A stretch of 64,000 nt of DNA, from the NCBI GenBank assembly GCA_964247055.1, contig OZ176052.1:1116001-1180000 (forward strand). The letters run 5' to 3'. The notes beneath the pieces are model-generated. The model saw nothing but the letters and a program-made list of their open reading frames with translations. It searched no databases and was not told where the DNA came from. Both the position numbers and the translations under genes were made by a program. Shown here piece by piece: positions 42,314-50,654 of the stretch. Position 1 is the stretch's first letter; each line of letters starts with the position of its first letter. Source of the stretch: Paragordius varius (taxonomy: Eukaryota; Animalia; Nematomorpha).

Positions 42314-42542
42314 AAAAAACAATTTAAAAAATAAACATAATATAATTTATGTTAAGTTAATAAAATTTAGTCAAAAAATTGACCAAAATATAAAAATTAA
42401 ATATTTTTACCCATTTTTAAAATTTTCCAATCTGTCAAAAGGATTATCCGACGAAAGCGGCAAAAAGATTTGAAGGAAAATGCAAATTCTTTCATAAGCT
42501 TGCCAAGCTACAAATTTATCAACTGGCCCATTTTCACCCTTA

Positions 42543-42600
<58 letters not shown>

Positions 42601-45600
42601 AATTAATTTTTTAAAAAAAACGAGATATATCATATAATATACCATTTACAATTCAAATTCACCCTTATACAAATCAAATTCTCGAACAAATGAAATTCAC
42701 CCTTAAACGATTCAAATTACCATTGAACAATTCAAATTCACCCTCAAAAGTTCAATTCACCCTCAAACAATTCAAATTTTCGAACATTTAAAATTTACCC
42801 TTGAACAATTCAAATTCACCCTCGAACGATTCAAATTCACCCTAAAAATAAATTATGTGTTTTCGGGCTAATATAACTCATCATAGAGGAAAAATATATT
42901 CTTATGGCTTAGTTTTTTATTTTTTCAGTATTATTTTAGTTACAAATAAAATTTCATTTTCTGGAAATATGAAAAAATATGGGTAATATTAAATTTTAAA
43001 AACATATAACTTATTTTAGGTGACTTTGATTTGTTTAAGGATGAATTTAAAGTGTAAATGGTTTGTAATTATAAAATCAATTTTAAATGTAATATAGATT
43101 CATTTTATTAATTTTTAGCAAAAACTTATTTAAAAACCTCTATGAAACCTTAGCGATTCAAATATTTTTACCAAAAATGGTATAAAACTACACATATAAA
43201 ATTAATTCAAAAACTACTAACTTAAAATCTATTGTTATTAGGCACACAATATCAAAATAAATGTTATTAAATTAAACCTGGGGAGTTAAAATTTTGAGTA
43301 GGCCAGCTATTATACCACTACTCAAGAGTTCAAACGGTGTTAACATACAGGTAAATGAAGAATTTTCTGGAAAAAAACCATTTTTATCCTTGCTATCTTT
43401 GTAGTTGGTTGAATTTGGCATCAAAATTTTACGAAACTCAGTAAGCGTTTGAGCCAAATTAGTTTTCCAATCTGTGTTGTTCCCATCATCCTATAGATTT
43501 AAATTTATAAATTTAATTTTGATTTTTATGTTTGAGAAAGATTACAAGTAAAAATCTAAGAAAATTCACCCACCAATAAATTTATTTAATGGTAGCTGAA
43601 TTATAATTGCAATAATAATAATAAATTTATACATTTAATTTTGATAAAATGATAATTTGAAAATATCATTTGTACTTATTTTAATATGGGTATATGTTTT
43701 AAGTTTCGTTTTAAAATTTAGTGATATATCGGCTAGTAATATGATAAGTTTTCGTCTTTGATTATAATGTTATAAAAAAAGCTAATAAAAAAAGGAAATG
43801 ATAAAAAAGCCATATTATAAAAATAATCTATATTTTTCTTTCAAAACAAATTATAGCCCAATAATTTTAAAATATCTCTCTTAATTTTCAATTTATAAAT
43901 AAAAATGAGTGTAAACTTTAATCATATTAACAAAAATTTTAAAAAAAACTTTTCTATATATAAATTTTTTTTTTAAAGCCCATTTTTACAGGTACGTGTT
44001 TTTTTACAAAAAAATGCTATTTATAAAGAATTATTTTTTCGTTTTTTTACAAAAACTTTTCTATGTATAAAAAAATTATTTTTTTAAAAATATAACGACC
44101 AATTGTTACCATAGTAGGTACGTGTAATTTCGTTTGCAGTTTATAAGCACACTCTAGTCGAGCATTCAAGTGTTTAAGGAAAGTGGTGGTTATATCTTCC
44201 TCGAGCTTATTTATGGGATATTTTGAGCAAAATTCATTACATTTCTCCACAAACTATAAATGGTTAGTTAATTTTAAAAGTAATTTACATTAAAAAATAA
44301 AATCAATTTTATCATTAAAAAATAAATAAATAAGAGAGGGGTGGGTTTATACGAAATATATATTACATTATAATATTGGGAATATTAAATAAGTAAATGA
44401 AAAAAATTATAAATACTGTTTATTGTGGTTTCCTTTCGCCTTAAACAATATTTCTTTACCATTCTCATTTTTAATAAATTTTTATGATGCCTATTTAAAT
44501 CAACCAAGTCAAAAAATTAAAAAAAAAACAAAAAGTAATAAAAAAAATGTTTGAAACCTTAAATCATAAAGTCTTAAACTATAAAAAAAACTCTACAAAC
44601 CTTTTCATAGCTACTAGATTCCACCTTCTCTTTATTCTTGGGAATATTGTCGCCATTTTTTACATCATTTTTTGGCGTCGTGGAATTCAAATTATTTTCG
44701 ACTGTTGTCGATAAAAAGTTTTCAGATTTTTTCAAGTTTTTTGCGTCTTGGTGCCCGCTCAAAAGAGTTGAAAATGAGGTGACATTTTTTAAATCTTTCA
44801 ATGAACTCGCGTAAATATCATTACTAATTTGTTCCAACATTTGATTTTTCCCGGGGGGTAAAATAGCTTCGTTTTCGTTGCATTTACCTGGCCTTACAAG
44901 TGTTTTATTCGTCGAAAAAGTTGTGCCAATGTGTTGAATTTTATCATAAACACCAGTTTTTACAAGTAACTGTAACAGAATATTTTTGCCTTCAAAAACG
45001 GCGGTGGAATTTTGAGTTTTTAAATTTTGGAAAACATTATTATTAATATTATGATCGCCAGAATAATTGTGGGCTAATAATTTATCTAATATATCTAGCA
45101 GGGTATCGCGACATTCATATTCATCCTACAGAAAAAAAAAATGGATATAAAAATGGTAAAAAAACTTTATTTTACTTAATTTGTTTGTCTAAGTATTTTA
45201 TTTTTACTATAGCGAGCGCTCGTTAGTATTTTTTCTAATGACCAACATTTATTTTCATTAAGTTGAAAAGCGTTAATAAACCAAAAATGCAGAATAAATG
45301 ACAATCCAATTAAATAAAGTAAAAATCAATTTGTTTAGCATAACTTATTTTAGTTAAATTTTTACACTTTATAAAAACAAGCTTATTTTTCCGAAAAAAA
45401 ATATTTAATTTCACCAAAAACAATATATAAAAGAGCTATTTTGTCTGAATCATAAAAAAAACTAAACGAAAAACCAAAAAAACTGATTAATACCCAATTA
45501 AAAAACATAATTTTTTACCTCATTCGAAAGGATGTTATTGAAAACGTTACATGTGTTTAACCAAACCCTAGGGCCTGCATTGTCAGGTTGAGACCATATT

Positions 45601-48600
45601 TGGCTTAAAACTTGCGTTAATGAATAGTTTTGATTTTTCTGGCTCGCTTCACATTTAAAATCAGAATTTTCATTAGAATTTTTTAAAGGTTTTACATCAA
45701 AATTAGATGCATAATGTAAGAATTGAAGTGTAATGTATAGAGCTAATTTCTTTAAACTACCCGTGGTTGAGGTTAAATCCTCATAACTTTCCCAAAGTAA
45801 CATAAAAAGTGCCGGTAAATGCGTATATTCTTCCCCAATATTTTCAGCTTTATTTTCATTATTTTCAAGATCCGATTTTTCTGCAGGGGTGTTTATGGTT
45901 TCCTTAAATGGTACAGTTTGTGGCTAAAAAATAAAGAAAAATTATAAAAATTTAGCTTTAACATTTTATTATAATTTATAAACTTTATTCTTTATATAAA
46001 ATATTGAATTATTTAATATAATTTATTATTTAATTATAAAAATATTGAATTAATTACAGTAAAAATTGGAATTATATAATGACAAAATGGATAAAAACCC
46101 AAGAGACAACCAACCATACTTTTTTTAAACCTTAAATTCTAATTTATCACAATTGTAAAATATATATCTTACTTTGCAGTTTTAAACAATGAAGTAGTTA
46201 TATATTAAAAAAATATAGCGGTCTTACGACAAAAAAATTTGTCTTTATATTCTTACGTTTTTTTGTCTGTATAAATTTAATTTCTATAATAAAAGCGAAA
46301 GCATATATAATAAATATTTCAAATAATTTAACATTTATTTATTAATTACATTTAAATATTGATTTGGTCTAAAAATCAACACAGAAATTTAAATTATAGT
46401 TCCACAAAATTAAAATTAAGCATTTTAAGAAAATGGCCAAAATTATAAAAACATACTTTAACGTTCTTTGAGGTTGATGGTTTCTCACTATTATTGTCCA
46501 TTGATTTGCTAGCCAGTAAATTTTTCATATTTTTTATGGCAAATGGGGATATTTTTTCAGTATCTAAAATATATATACATATAAGATTTAAAATACTTAT
46601 TCTATATAAAAATCAATATCAAATATGATTAAAATAAAATTACTAACATTTTTAAGGGCATACAAATAAACGTATAAAATGTAAATGAAAATTAAAATAT
46701 AATTTTTACAATAAATCTCACATAAATATATTTACCATTATTTTTCTTTGTCAATCCCCCCACCATATCATCCTTGTTGGCTTTGGAATCCTTTTTATTA
46801 ACACAACTATTTTTATCATTAGTTCCTATTCCTGTGGCTTCAATTAGAGTTTGTTGTGTTTCATTTGAGTTTTGTTCTTGAATATTCTGTACTGTATGAT
46901 TACTACCAGCCAATAATTCAAGCAAATACTCATTTTCTCGATTATTAAACAAGAGTTCCAAGATTTGATGAGAGGAGGAATTACTTTGAGAGGACCGCGA
47001 CAAAAGTGCCGAACAATTTCGTCTGAAATCGGATATTAACGTCGATGCGGACGATAATTCAGAAGAATTTAATAATACAGAGCTGTTGTTGCTATTGTTG
47101 GCTGCTGATAATAAAAGTCTGCTGACAGAATTATTACCAGTCGTGGTGATATTTTGAGGTGGAGCTATTATTATTATTATTATTATATATACCATTTACA
47201 GTTCAAATTCACCCTCGAACAATTCAAAATCACCCTATAAGAAATTATGTGTTTTTTAAGATTAAAAATTGCCTTTTTATAATTTAAAAATAATAATATT
47301 ACCTTTATAATATATAATACTGAAAAAATAATAAATTATGCTATAAGAATATATTTTATATTAATGATAAATTATATTAGCCCGAAAACAATAATTTATT
47401 TTTAGGGTGAATGTGAATTGTTCAAGTGTGAATTTTAATTGTAAATGGTATACCACAAAGAAATAATTATATCGTATAAGTTCAAAAAAGAAGTAAGACC
47501 TAGAAAAACAAATAAATATATTAATACAATATAATTTTGGCATAAAAAAAATGTTTTTCTTAAACTATAATTTTATAATTAAATATAGCACCAATTTACA
47601 TTCCATTCTGTATTGTGTACCCAAAACCATGAGTTATATTTAAATCAAGGTTTAATATGTGGTTTTGTGGTTTTAAAAAATATTTGTCTTTTAGTTTTTA
47701 CGTGTTGGGTATATAATTTCAATTTTTATTGGAGACAAAAACATGTATAAACATTATGTGGTACAGTCATGTATCCTTTATTTTATCAATTATTCTTTTG
47801 TTAAATAGGTATAAATATTTAAAAATGGAAAAAACAAGAGCTATATGGTATTTCTTACACATTTTTATGAATATGATATTGTTAATACTATAAAGGTCTT
47901 GTGTTTTCCATTCTTTACCAAATATTTAAACCCATTTAATAAAAGTAAATTTTTGATAAAATAAAGGATACATGGTAATAATAATTTTGAGTTCTGATAA
48001 ATTTATTTATAAAAGTAATAATCTGTATTGAGAAATCTCGATGTATGATATAGCATCATTTTGGGGTAAAAATAAAATAAAAACTTATGTAATAAGAAAT
48101 TAATAAGAATTAAAGCGAAAAAATAAAAAGTGCTCGCAGAATTTTTTACTAAAAAACTTAAAAATTGTACACATACATATAATATTGAAAGCAATCTTGG
48201 GCCCTTCATACACCAAAGTTATGAGAACACGAATGAATCTCAAAGCTTCGCCGGCAATCCGATCTTCAAGTTTGAAACATTTCCTTAAACATGAGAGGAG
48301 ACAGGCCCAATGTAAATTATTATCAGCTGATTTGGACGCGTGACTTTTAGATAGCGATAGCAAAAGTTGTTCTTCTTTTTGAGTTTTTTCGGCATCAAAA
48401 GTTTTTAAAGCAGTTGTTGAAAGAAGTAAGTTTCGCCTAACTTGGGTATTAATAGCACACAGCTGAGCCAAAATTTGCAAGAGTTGAATGGTGGTTTGAG
48501 TGTAAGATTTCAATAACTGCGCCGATAATGGCGAGACAGGAGGTGTATTAGAAGTATTGATACCTAAATATAAAATATTTGGTTAAGTAAGCAAATTATC

Positions 48601-50014
48601 GATTTTGAATGTTTGCTGAAAAAAATTAGGCATCTAAAATTAAATGTAATTTGCTTTAATGATTATAAATCAAAATTAATACAAATTTAAAAAATGTTAA
48701 ACCAGAAAAAACAACTTTTTTTACCATCAAAGATATTACTGTTGTTGTTGTTGTTGTTATCGTCTGTTTGCATTCTAACGGACACATTTTGATTGATAAC
48801 AGTAGTGGCAGACGATTGTAATAAACCAAAATTTTCAACGGAAAAACCATCGTTTTCATTCTCGGTTATATTAGTATTTGGAAGATTATCAGAGGTTGTT
48901 GATGAATTTAAAAGCGCAAAGGAAGATACATTGATCAATGATGATGAAACATTGTTTGCGTTTTGTGATAAAAGTGCATTAATGCGTTTCTCAAGTTGGC
49001 ACAAAAGTACGGGAATAACATTTAGCGATGATTTAATATCATCAATATCTACATCAATCACGGTATTATTGGTATCATCACACTTATTTACAGGCGTTGT
49101 AGACAGTAAATTATTCAATGCTACCGGGTGTTTTATGGTCCTTTCAAACAATGTTATCAAACATTTTATAGATTTTTCTTGAATCTATTATAATGAGGAG
49201 GCGTATATAATTTCAAAATAATAAGGTCCATATATATATATATTTATTTGTATAATTATGACAAAAAATACCTCAACTTCAGGATAAACCAATATATCAA
49301 TCAAAGATGCCAAATATGATGGGAGTAATACATCTTTGGCATCAATTTTAGCGCAAAGTTTAGAAAGTACGGTCATTGCACTATTTAGCGTATCTTTATG
49401 TATAACATTTCCCATTTCTCTTATAAACAAAGTTATGGAATATATGCCCCCAATTTTGTATACAGCGCCGGATTCTCTGATACAAATCAACTCCAAAACC
49501 TATATATAATATAAAATTTGATAAAAATTTGCTAGCCAGAGCATTAGAGCTAAAAAATGATCACCTTGATACATTGTTCCGAAAGATCAAGACTTATTTT
49601 ATTGTCCTTGTTGGAGCTTATTAGTTTTGTGCAAAGAGCTTTTAAAAAGCCTTCAGCCGCAACCATACGTTTAGTACATTCAGCAGAAATGTCCAGAAAA
49701 TATGTTAAGGCTCTCGAGGTCACTTCTAAAATATTATCAGGAGCCGTTTCGTCCAAAAATATATTGCACAGAGGTGGTATGAATTTGCGTGGAGGAAATC
49801 TAAAAATTTTTGAGAAGAAAAAATTGGCACATGCATGGCAAAGAAAAAAAATCAATAAAAGTAATGCTTACAGTTCAAAAATTTGATCGACATTATCGGA
49901 CATAAGAAGCATCATACAAATTTGTTCAAGTGCAATAAGTTGAATATCTCTTTCGTCATCGTGGCCACTATTAAGCCATTCCAAGAGGGTCGTAGGGTCA
50001 GGATTATCAGTCAT
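2880..50014 (-). CDS. HECTD1: E3 ubiquitin-protein ligase HECTD1/Ufd4 orthologue, 56 exons, about 4,220 aa
   Basis: Start [14 protein letters not shown]...[23 protein letters not shown] and end [17 protein letters not shown]...GFHLN* match HECTD1. Manually joined GT-AG exons in transcript order, all phases consistent: 49872-50014, 49565-49799, 49272-49499, 48725-49184, 48177-48563, 46736-47164, 46457-46563, 45519-45923, 44601-45125, 44110-44253, 43278-43490, 42411-42538, 41833-41996, 40980-41038, 40417-40551, 39556-39785, 38053-38379, 37169-37252, 36759-36866, 35712-35956, 35235-35349, 33801-34081, 33011-33409, 32282-32585, 30636-30777, 30008-30293, 29349-29657, 28222-28478, 27445-27572, 26648-26868, 24076-24187, 23309-23376, 21725-21952, 21131-21223, 20062-20244, 19282-19434, 17397-17810, 17148-17206, 16818-16983, 16013-16189, 15325-15567, 14100-14618, 13410-13738, 12888-13015, 11180-11369, 10159-10396, 9354-9509, 8499-8789, 7338-7953, 7148-7229, 6034-6335, 5632-5710, 5387-5480, 4524-4674, 3473-3745, 2880-3000. 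The donors at 44110 and 29349 have equally phased alternatives. Confidence 0.95.
3771..4143. mobile_element. MITE family A (CCATTTACAGTTCAAATTCACCC TIR, 21-bp subterminal arrays), copy 1
   Basis: TA-CCATTTACAGTTCAAATTCACCC ... GGGTGAATTTGAACTGTAAATGG-TA; several 21-bp units per arm. Confidence 0.9.
4665..5110. repeat. Degenerate tandem repeat (about 185 bp, 2-3 units) starting at the exon-54 acceptor
   Basis: CCATTTTAAA.TTT..GTGTTAAAATTAAAAA and TTAATATGAATTATATATGAT blocks repeat. Confidence 0.7.
6509..6751. mobile_element. MITE family A copy 2
   Basis: Both termini and the shared core (opposite core orientation to copy 1). Confidence 0.85.
8921..9098. mobile_element. MITE family B (near-palindromic, CAGTATGCATTTT..GGTTGCTTATTTCACACTATAG TIR)
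   Basis: Long inverted arms GGTTGCTTATTTTACACTATAGTAGGGCAATTTGCAACAC / GTGTTGCAAATTGCCCTACTATAGTGTGAATTAAGCAACC. Confidence 0.85.
9541..9875. mobile_element. MITE family A copy 3
   Basis: TACCATTT left end, about 6 units, core, degraded right end. Confidence 0.85.
10505..10690. mobile_element. MITE family B copy
   Basis: Same arms; ends AAAATGCATACTG|TA. Confidence 0.85.
11350..11890. repeat. Tandem triplication (about 165-185 bp) spanning the exon-45 acceptor
   Basis: TAACCATACGAGCGATCTGAAAACAA (real junction) recurs in variant form near 11520 and 11702. Confidence 0.85.
12075..12870. repeat. Tandem array, about 116-bp unit, 7 copies
   Basis: AAAACGCATATTTG recurs near 12097, 12203, 12318, 12443, 12556, 12677, 12794. 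Confidence 0.9.
14773..15049. mobile_element. hAT (Charlie-like) MITE
   Basis: TIR CCGTGGTTCTTAAC / ATTAAGAACCACTG with 8-bp TSD ACCTACAG / AACTACAG (7 of 8). Confidence 0.8.
16457..16759. mobile_element. MITE family D (CAGTAAAAA(C/T)TG.AATT TIR, TA TSD; Tc1/mariner-like)
   Basis: TA|CAGTAAAAACTGAATTTATA ... TATAAGTTCAATTTTTACTG|TA. Confidence 0.82.
17901..18657. mobile_element. MITE family A copy 4 with hugely expanded left arm
   Basis: About 500 bp of 21-bp-type units, then the family core and an AAATGGTA right end. Confidence 0.85.
19620..20075. repeat. Degenerate tandem repeat (about 145 bp) spanning the exon-35 donor
   Basis: TTTTCCTACTTTCTTCTTGTAAA at about 19909-19931 and 20053-20075. 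Confidence 0.8.
20826..21080. mobile_element. MITE family A copy 5 (right end truncated)
   Basis: TACCATTT start, core, GGTGAATTT remnants. Confidence 0.8.
21975..22370. mobile_element. MITE family A copy 6a
   Basis: About 9 tandem AAATTCACCCTTAAACAATT(C/A) units plus core. Confidence 0.85.
22371..22622. mobile_element. MITE family A copy 6b, directly abutting 6a
   Basis: CATTTACAA start, core in opposite orientation, CTGTAAATGG end. Confidence 0.8.
22994..23260. mobile_element. MITE family A copy 7
   Basis: Both termini plus core. Confidence 0.85.
23730..24051. mobile_element. MITE family D copy (diverged)
   Basis: Shared AAAGACAAATATT, AGACAACCA, AATTGATTGTGTT, TTTGTCTTTA.ATTTTTACGTT blocks. 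Confidence 0.7.
24240..24485. mobile_element. MITE family A copy 8
   Basis: CATTTACAATTCAA ... TTGTAAATGGTA plus core. Confidence 0.85.
24955..26585. repeat. Tandem array, about 102-bp unit, 16 copies
   Basis: CATTTATACGCGTTTTTGCCATTT and ACCGAAAATTAGATATTTATTAAATAAATTAACTATT recur every ~100 bp. Confidence 0.92.
26927..27126. mobile_element. MITE family A copy 9 (internal deletion)
   Basis: Both termini, shortened core, followed by (TA)n. Confidence 0.8.
28520..28792. mobile_element. MITE family D copy
   Basis: Same internal blocks; right end CAACTG|TA. Confidence 0.72.
28878..29042. mobile_element. MITE family B copy (ends eroded)
   Basis: Same internal inverted arms. Confidence 0.8.
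30835..31079. mobile_element. MITE family C (CAGTCATGTATCCTTTATTTTATC TIR, TA TSD; Tc1/mariner-like)
   Basis: TA|CAGTCATGTATCCTTTATTTTATC ... GATAAAATAAAGGATACATGACTG|TA, perfect 24-bp TIR. Confidence 0.9.
34186..34233. repeat. (TA)n microsatellite
   Basis: Long pure TA run. Similar runs at about 42278-42308, 42547-42598, 55636-55684 and 56241-56271. Confidence 0.9.
34666..34921. mobile_element. MITE family A copy 10
   Basis: TACCATTTACAGTTCAAATT start plus core; right end eroded. Confidence 0.8.
35712..40551 (-). CDS. HECTD1: HECTD1 exons 15-20: SUN/galactose-binding-like domain region
   Basis: Motifs [61 protein letters not shown] line up with the HECTD1 segment (DRTGRMLKMEPL, KQWYD, NGIIYWIGTN, EWVNPAAY, RLEDILSR, WRHVRI, FELYGTV; recalled human sequence). 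Confidence 0.85.
36436..36739. mobile_element. MITE family A copy 11
   Basis: Both termini in TATA context. Confidence 0.88.
37278..37540. mobile_element. MITE family A copy 12
   Basis: Both termini in TATA context. Confidence 0.88.
37655..38010. repeat. Direct duplication of about 110 bp
   Basis: GATATTTAG.TTT.GTCGTTATAAA...GATATACACGAGATGA near 37658 and 37912. Confidence 0.8.
39052..39292. mobile_element. hAT (Charlie-like) MITE
   Basis: CAATGGTTTCCAAC ... GAGAGCCACTG with perfect 8-bp TSD ATTTAAAT (39044-39051, 39293-39300). Confidence 0.8.
39317..39535. mobile_element. MITE family C copy (right end deleted)
   Basis: Same left TIR and internal GGAAAAAACAAG..GCTCTATGGTA inverted motif. 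Confidence 0.82.
39837..40072. mobile_element. MITE family A copy 13 (diverged)
   Basis: CCATTTAC start, core, degraded right arm. Confidence 0.75.
41015..41405. repeat. Tandem duplication (about 196 bp) spanning the exon-14 acceptor
   Basis: TTTCGAA.ATTTGTAGCACT.GAA.CTATATTTAAATAAAAATTT near 41014 and 41210. Confidence 0.85.
41458..41762. mobile_element. MITE family D copy
   Basis: TA|CAGTTAG start, same internal blocks. Confidence 0.68.
42640..43062. mobile_element. MITE family A copy 14
   Basis: About 10 left-arm units, core, GTGTAAATGG end. Confidence 0.88.
46057..46285. mobile_element. MITE family D copy
   Basis: TA|CAGTAAAAATTGGAATTATA start, same internal blocks. Confidence 0.72.
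47190..47450. mobile_element. MITE family A copy 15
   Basis: Both termini; left end abuts an (ATT)n run. Confidence 0.88.
47764..47975. mobile_element. MITE family C copy
   Basis: Same left TIR; right end AAAATAAAGGATACATG. Confidence 0.85.
48177..50014 (-). CDS. HECTD1: HECTD1 exons 1-5: N-terminal armadillo-repeat region
   Basis: [80 protein letters not shown]. Confidence 0.95.
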
Positions 50015-50654
50015 CTAAAATTCACATCAGCTTCCAATAACTTTGAAATGTATGGCCGTATGATGTAATTGTTAAGACAAAGAAAACAGATTTTTCGTAT
50101 TATTGTATGGGTTTCTGATAATTATCTTAGAAAAATATAAAATCGTATTTTATTATTCGGTAAATCATACATTTGGATTTGTGTATCTAATAACACTAAA
50201 AATACTTTCAGCGGAGTACTTTACGAAGGGTAATAGTTTGAGCCTTATTTTTTTGAACTAAAAACTGGAGTTAAATAACAAATAAAAATCAATATGAAAA
50301 AATTTCAATTTGCCTTTATTTTAAAAAGGACTAGCTTCCAGCAAAAAATGGGACTTTCGGCCCATAACTAAAAGGTTTTGATTTTAAAAGAATATTTATT
50401 TTACTGATATTGTATGGATTAAAGGAGCGTTACTAATCGCGGCACATGGCCGCATATTTAAAAATTGTGACCCTTTTTATAATTATTATATAATACACGG
50501 CCCTTAAAACAAAATAAAAATTTAGGTTTCGTTTCACCAAAACTAATTTATCGTGATGATGCATATTCCTAAATATATAATTCGTCAAGATTTTTTATAA
50601 CCTATGCTTTTTACATTATCCAATGTGTTCCAACCATATACTCATAATATTAAG

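Noticed and set aside
48793-50068. Plus-strand ORFs 48793-49182, 49557-49886 and 49883-50068 (also 7355-7621, 33208-33465, 33893-34087, 35815-36003)
   Set aside because: Antisense shadows of HECTD1 exons, with no independent protein signature.
50425-50455. Hairpin GCGGC-ACATG-GCCGC next to TTAGT (similar at about 45208-45227) as Helitron ends
   Set aside because: No matching 5' TC end or second copy in the window; too short to support.
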